Made by a program: the position numbers and the translations under genes
In this document: positions 37,335 to 42,756 of the stretch, piece by piece
How positions within the stretch are numbered: position 1 is the first letter of the stretch
Layout of the letters: every line of letters begins with the position of its first letter
DNA from: Paraspadella gotoi
Taxonomy: Eukaryota; Animalia; Chaetognatha
Length of the DNA: 42,756 nt
Direction: 5' to 3'
Assembly (NCBI GenBank): GCA_051294375.1
Contig: CM119270.1
Coordinates: 18,291,166-18,333,921, forward strand
The notes under the pieces: model-generated
Told to the model about the DNA's origin: nothing
Seen by the model: only the letters and a program-made list of their open reading frames with translations
The model's database searches: none

Positions 37335-37453
37335 TTGAGCACGGAAGGGTTCCAAATTCCGTTCGCTGCCTCCTCGGATGAATCCATTGTGGTTTCCCTA
37401 ACATGGCGCAGGGAACCCGTGTTGACATTGAGCGTCATCCTACTTGGCTGAGG
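37335..37453 (-). repeat. Diverged inverted relative of the core of the 36900-37322 element
   Basis: Reverse complement shares TCAATG..CGGGTTCCCTGC..TAGGGAA.CC.CAATGG..TC.TCCGA..GGAGGC(A)GCGAACG with 36964-37050. Confidence 0.75.
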
Positions 37454-37812
37454 TTTTTTTTTTTGTTCATTTTTTTTATTCTTTTGTTTTTTGTTAATCC
37501 GCGGCTCCAGTGCTTTCAAAATAATATTACAGGACACTCCAAGATTTCACTCGAGTCGCTATTACTTTATTAATATCTAATAATACTCCAGAGCCCCTAC
37601 AGATGAAGTGGTAACTTTGTTGAATATAAAGAAAATCCGGGTTAACGATGACTCTTTTTTTTTTCTCTCTTTCTTTTCTCTTTTTATTTTTTCTTTTCTC
37701 TCTTTCTGATATCTCTTTCCCTTTTCTTTTCCTTGTTCTCTTTCCTGTTTTTCCCTTTCTCTTTTCTTATTCAAAATTCATCGTCGCNNNNNNNNNNNNN
37801 NNNNNNNNNNNN

Positions 37813-37895
37813 TCCAAGGTCGGGAATCAAAAAACCCGGGGTTTACTGTAAAATTGCACGATTACAATATTACAATAAAAAAAAAAAAAAAAAAA

Positions 37896-37946
<51 letters not shown>

Positions 37947-39838
37947 ATTACTGGCGCACTCTTGTTTAGTATTATTCTTTCATTCAGAGCGTTTCCAGTA
38001 CATCCTTTTGGTGTTACCGTCGCACACGTCGTCATCACGTTGTTATATTAATGTAATTATTGTTAAAGAAGAGAAGTGTTAATAAAAGCTTATCAAGGTT
38101 TTATTTTTTTTCAATGAATTTCAAGTTTCTGCCGTGATGCGGATTTAACGTTTGGTCCTGGGATCAACTGACCTGGCACATCCGACATCACGACTTTTCC
38201 CATCTCTCTCGTATTATCCGACTTAAGTTGTATAAAAATAGTATTGTGCTAAGTATAAAAATAATGAGAAATTTTAGTAGATACGTAGCCAGCAAACACG
38301 GCTCTTTTACGTCCCGGAACCGTCCGATGTATACAAACAATTATATAGTATATATTTATATACACTTAACCCTCGAAAAAACGGAATGATCATGATTTAA
38401 TTGTCAAAAAATATTTTTCACTAAAACCGTTAATCAGAATCGTCGTATTCTCTTATACTTCCCAAATCTTCGTCTCGACTCTCGAGGGAAATTTGAAAGA
38501 CCCGATGTCAGTTTCACGGCCATGATGCGGTGGACCCACGGACCGAGCCGGGCCAAAGGTAAGGTGGCTTGGGGTGGCCAGGGAGGAGGCAATGGTCTAA
38601 TGGAGCTAACATATCAACAAGAATTTTTACGTTAAGCCCGTTTTCTGCGGCTACTTAACCACCCGGGTGATTTTTCTTCATAAGTCCATTAATTTTTTAT
38701 ATTTACAAAAAATAATTAAAATAATTATTTTATTAAAATTTCACTGTTAATTAAAGCCAATTAAATAAAAATTTCATATTTTCCAGAAAAAACTAAAATA
38801 AACAATAGAGATAGAAATTATCAATATTTAATCGTAACACGGGGCAATATGCAAATGAGATTAATGGATTCGATCTCACTCGAAAACGATCACAAATTAC
38901 TCTGCTCCACCCCCCCCTTTAAACTCTTCAAGCCCTCTCCGGCGTCGTGGGCTTCCTCACCTCGGGCTCCCTCCACTCGCGAGATCCTCACCGAGAACCT
39001 CTCGGCACGCCCACCTTCAAGATGCTCGTAGACGTGTGCCTCGTCCCAAAGCTCTGCTCTCTCTATCCGCTGCCGTTTTATCGGCGGCGGAATTGATGGG
39101 AGAGTCGATGCGGGTTGGGTGAAGGGGAAGAAGGTAAGGGATTGAAGGATTATGGTAAGGAAAGATGAGTTGATGTTGTAGTGACGAAATAACTGGTAGT
39201 TATCGCTGTTCCGTGCATCAACAACTCTCTCTCCTTCTGGGTCACCTTCAGGAAAATACGGCGAACTGTGTGGGGAAGGCGAAACTGATATGATCCAGGG
39301 GAAGACGCTAGTGCTGATTGATGTGAATGTGACTCTTATAACTGATGACGTGTTCTTGTCTCGCAGTGATAAATCGTCCTCGTGGCCAATCTCTCTCACG
39401 TCTTCTTCTTCTCGTTCTCATTGACTCTCGCCGTTTAGATTCCTCACTTCGCGCTGCTTATGGGTTCGTCGGGTCTCTTCACGGGTAAGTTAAAGTCAAA
39501 CATTATCATAATCAGTCAATCAATTATTCTATTAATCAATCAGTCAATTATCATCAATTAATCTATGATCATATCAGTCACAATACAACCAATCAACCAA
39601 TCAATCAATCACCAATCAATCAATCAACAATAATCAATCAATCCTCATTAATTAAGGCACGATGCTCTCCTTCGTTTGACCGTGCATCTTCCACATTCAA
39701 CTTCGCCGCTCGACGCTACCGATTCTCAACGTCGTCGTCCGACGTCGTCGTCATCGTCGTCGGCGTCCTTATGCGGCGCCGTAGGGATTTTCTTTTCTGG
39801 AGAGGCGTTGGTTCAAGGCGTTGGCGGAAGACGACTGA
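37813..39838 (+). pseudogene. SLC32A1: VGAT copy 3, 3' half only, frameshifted (probable redundant assembly copy)
   Basis: Begins at a 25-N gap at the position equivalent to ~33889; the duplication continues to ~41855 matching 33889-37787; indel-rich. Confidence 0.78.
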
Positions 39839-40244
39839 GCACCCGGGGGATTAGTTGCCGTTCGCCGGAAGTCAATATGAAAAAATGTATATAAATTGGA
39901 AATTGGTCAAATCCGCGTGACACAAATTTGAATTTATTTTCGATTTATACGTCCTTTGTATTAGTTCGATAAATACCGTTAATTAAAAAATATACCCTAT
40001 ATATCATATGTCAAAGATGGTATTATTTCCTCGTTAATGCCCATCAGCTTAGTAATAGTACTGCGAAAAAGATAAATCAGTTTTAAATCTGCTTATCAGC
40101 AGATCCCGACTCTATATCTAGGTTACGATAACCGTTAACAGTATAACGTTTATTAACGGTTAAAATTACATTTTAACCTAACCGAAGTCGCACGAACCCG
40201 CAAGTGCTTATCGTACACTCTCTGCTTCCTTCTCCTCCCCTCTC

Positions 40245-40302
<58 letters not shown>

Positions 40303-42169
40303 ATGACTCATCGCGTCAATGAATGACTTATCATCGCATCAATGAATGACTATCATCCACAATAATGATTATCATCGCATCAATGATTGACTATCATCGC
40401 GCGATTCCAATGCATTTGGTATCCTTTCTCCACTCAATCCTTTGGTATATGCATCGCAATCAATATTTGGTTATCATCGCCGATATCATATTTGATTATC
40501 AACCGCAAGGCTGTACTCGATCGCTTATCTTATTTAAGATTTTTTAACCAGAGAGTATCAAGGAAACGGAGGCTCCCTCTTATAAGGCCATGTTAATTGT
40601 ATTGCTATAAATTGGTACAACCAATTATAATAAGAGTCTTTACGGACGAGAAAATTACTTTTCCCAAACCAACAAATACCCCTTTAAATATTTTAAATAT
40701 GATCTTTATCCTTCGCCCGTTTGACTAAAAAAGAAAACAACCGAGCAAATTAAAAGATATAAGCAACGTGTCAAAGGATTGATCATTTAACATTTCATTA
40801 ATTATGAAAATTTAATAGAATTTTTTCTAAAAAAAATATTAGATCTATAGTAAAATTATAGTTTATCATAAAAACAAACAAAAATTTACTTCCTTCTTTG
40901 AAACCCCTCTCACACCCTCGGAGGACTGCGACCCTCTGTAAATCTCGAGCATTCGAGAGGCCGGCCCGACTGGCTCTGTCGATCAATGTTTCCGGGTTCC
41001 CTGCATACCACCGCAAGGAATCCGCAATGGGTCGTCCGATGTGTGCCAAACTGGAAGGCTCGACGTGAATGCATCGACCAATTCCAGTACACGGGTCGAG
41101 TCGGTTCATGTGTCGGGCTGATTTCCCGACCAGCAGCGGGTGACCATCTCGTGCAAACTACATTCTCTATCAGGTTGACCAAACTATCAAATATAATCTA
41201 TCTATCACTTAAATATCGCCTATCTTATCAGAACATCCAGAACAAACTAGTAGTAAAAACACCCCGTCTTCATTAGTACTCATTGTTGCGTTCCGTAATA
41301 CTTACTCCCTATAACGTATATTATCAACATAGTCACTTAAAAAACCAAAAAAGACCAAAATTGAGCGATAAACAGTTGAAAAAGTAGCCCACCCTTCTCA
41401 TTGAAGCACCGGAGGGTTCCAAATTCCGTTCGCTGCCTCCTCGGATGATCCATTTTGTGGTCCCTAACAAGGCGTAGGGAACCCGTGTTGACATTTGAGC
41501 GTCATCCTACTTGGCTGAGTTTTTTTTTTTGTTTTTGTTATTTATCTTTGTTTTTTGTTAATCCGCGGCTCCGGTAGGCTTCAAAATAATATTACAGACA
41601 CTCCAAGATTTCACTCGAGTCGCCTATTACTTTATTAATAAATCTAATAATACTCCGAGTCCCCCTACAGGCATAATGTGTAATTTGTTGAATATAAAGA
41701 AAATCTCCGGGTGTAACGTGACTCTTTTTTTTCTCTCTTTCTTTTCTCTTTTTATTTTTCTTTTCTCTGTTCTGTATCTCTTCCCTTTTCTTTTCCTTGT
41801 TTCTCTTTCCTATTGTTCCCTTTCTCTTTTCTATTCAAAAGTTTCATTCGTCGCGACTCACAACCGATTCGTTTCCCTCTTTTTTTCCTGGTTTTTCCTC
41901 GAACATCCGAGGCAGAGCGACCTCTATGTAACAGGGAAAACTTTTAAACGATGAGAGCATACAATTCTCTTTCTATAATTTTTTTATTCGTGTCAAAATC
42001 ATTTTCTACTTTGTCTCGCCTTTCAATCACAAAACAACAATTAAAAATAATTAATAATTAATTAATTACTTATTTATTAATAATTAATTAATGCAGCTTG
42101 AATTTAATATAAAAATAAAAAAGCATAATCAAATAGTGAAATAGATTGTTTGTTTCTTCCATTTTAACT

Positions 42170-42310
42170 CATTTCCAATCGGACGATTCCATCCAAACTT
42201 TATTTCCAGCTCAATCACAAACTTTCCTACCCAGACACAAAATTTAATTCCAATCCATACATCAAGTCACGAGTAATTGGTGTTTTTTGCTAAGGTAGGA
42301 CGGACGGACG

Positions 42311-42342
<32 letters not shown>

Positions 42343-42504
42343 AAGAGACGGACGGGCGGACATCATTTTTTTTGCATAATTTATCATAATTCGATGTTCT
42401 GACATGATATAAGTGAATGCCCGACAAGATTGGGGGGGCGGACCGACGGACCGACAAAGAGAATTATAGAGCCTGAATCTGCTGTAAGCAGATCCGGCTA
42501 AAAA
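42170..42504 (+). mobile_element. Possible non-autonomous Helentron/HINE (DINE-1-like) element remnant
   Basis: (GGAC)n(AGAC)n microsatellite at 42298-42361 within a context resembling DINE-1/HINE cores, then a subterminal hairpin AGCCTGAATCTGCT-GTA-AGCAGATCCGGCT followed by AAAAA. 5' boundary not determined. Confidence 0.4.
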
Positions 42505-42667
42505 TGATGCAAGTTAAAAAATTATGTGAGTTGGAAAAATGATGCAAGTTGAAAAAATGATGCAAGTTGAAAAAATGATGCAAGTTGATAAAATAATGCA
42601 AGTTGAAAAAATTATGCAAGTTGAAAAAATTATGCGAGTAAAAAAAATGATGCAAGTGGAAAAAATA
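42500..42667. repeat. 18-bp minisatellite, about 9 copies
   Basis: Unit AAAAATGATGCAAGTTGA; explains the KMMQVE-repeat ORF. Confidence 0.93.
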
Positions 42668-42756
42668 ATAATAGTTAAAAAAAATTTTTGTACTTTTTTT
42701 GTTATTATTTATTTATTTAGCTGATTACCGCTTAATTATCGTAGGCAAATCCGACA

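Noticed and set aside
37874-37944. Poly-A tail of a retrocopy in VGAT copy 3
   Set aside because: Absent from copies 1 and 2 and adjacent to a gap; most consistent with a raw-read homopolymer artefact.
42464-42724. Short repeat proteins (KMMQVE / NLHHFF)
   Set aside because: Translations of an 18-bp minisatellite.

Overview
Eukaryotic, intron-rich, AT- and microsatellite-rich DNA from a non-chordate-type animal; the taxon cannot be fixed from the sequence alone. The window holds the 3' end of an innexin gap-junction gene (2 exons, 2-222 and 1622-1991). It also holds low-complexity exons of an unidentified gene (about 3.9-6.3 kb, repeated several times) and a vesicular GABA/inhibitory amino acid transporter gene (VGAT/SLC32A1/unc-47 family) present as one nearly clean copy (31681-35886), one frameshifted copy and one partial copy. 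About two thirds of the window is self-duplicated: a tandem copy, a ~12 kb fold-back palindrome and the VGAT triplication. Copies differ mostly by scattered 1-nt indels and often abut 25-N gaps, which points to long-read gap-filling artefacts rather than real paralogues. The most novel-looking element lies downstream of VGAT: a ~420 bp GC-rich unit bounded by a 12-bp direct repeat. It starts with an SRP(7SL) Alu-domain-like fold, carries colinear S-domain-like motifs and three co-varying tandem hairpins, and faces an inverted diverged relative. It is a candidate 7SL-related SINE/ncRNA family, unverified. Most ORFs in the supplied track are microsatellite read-throughs.
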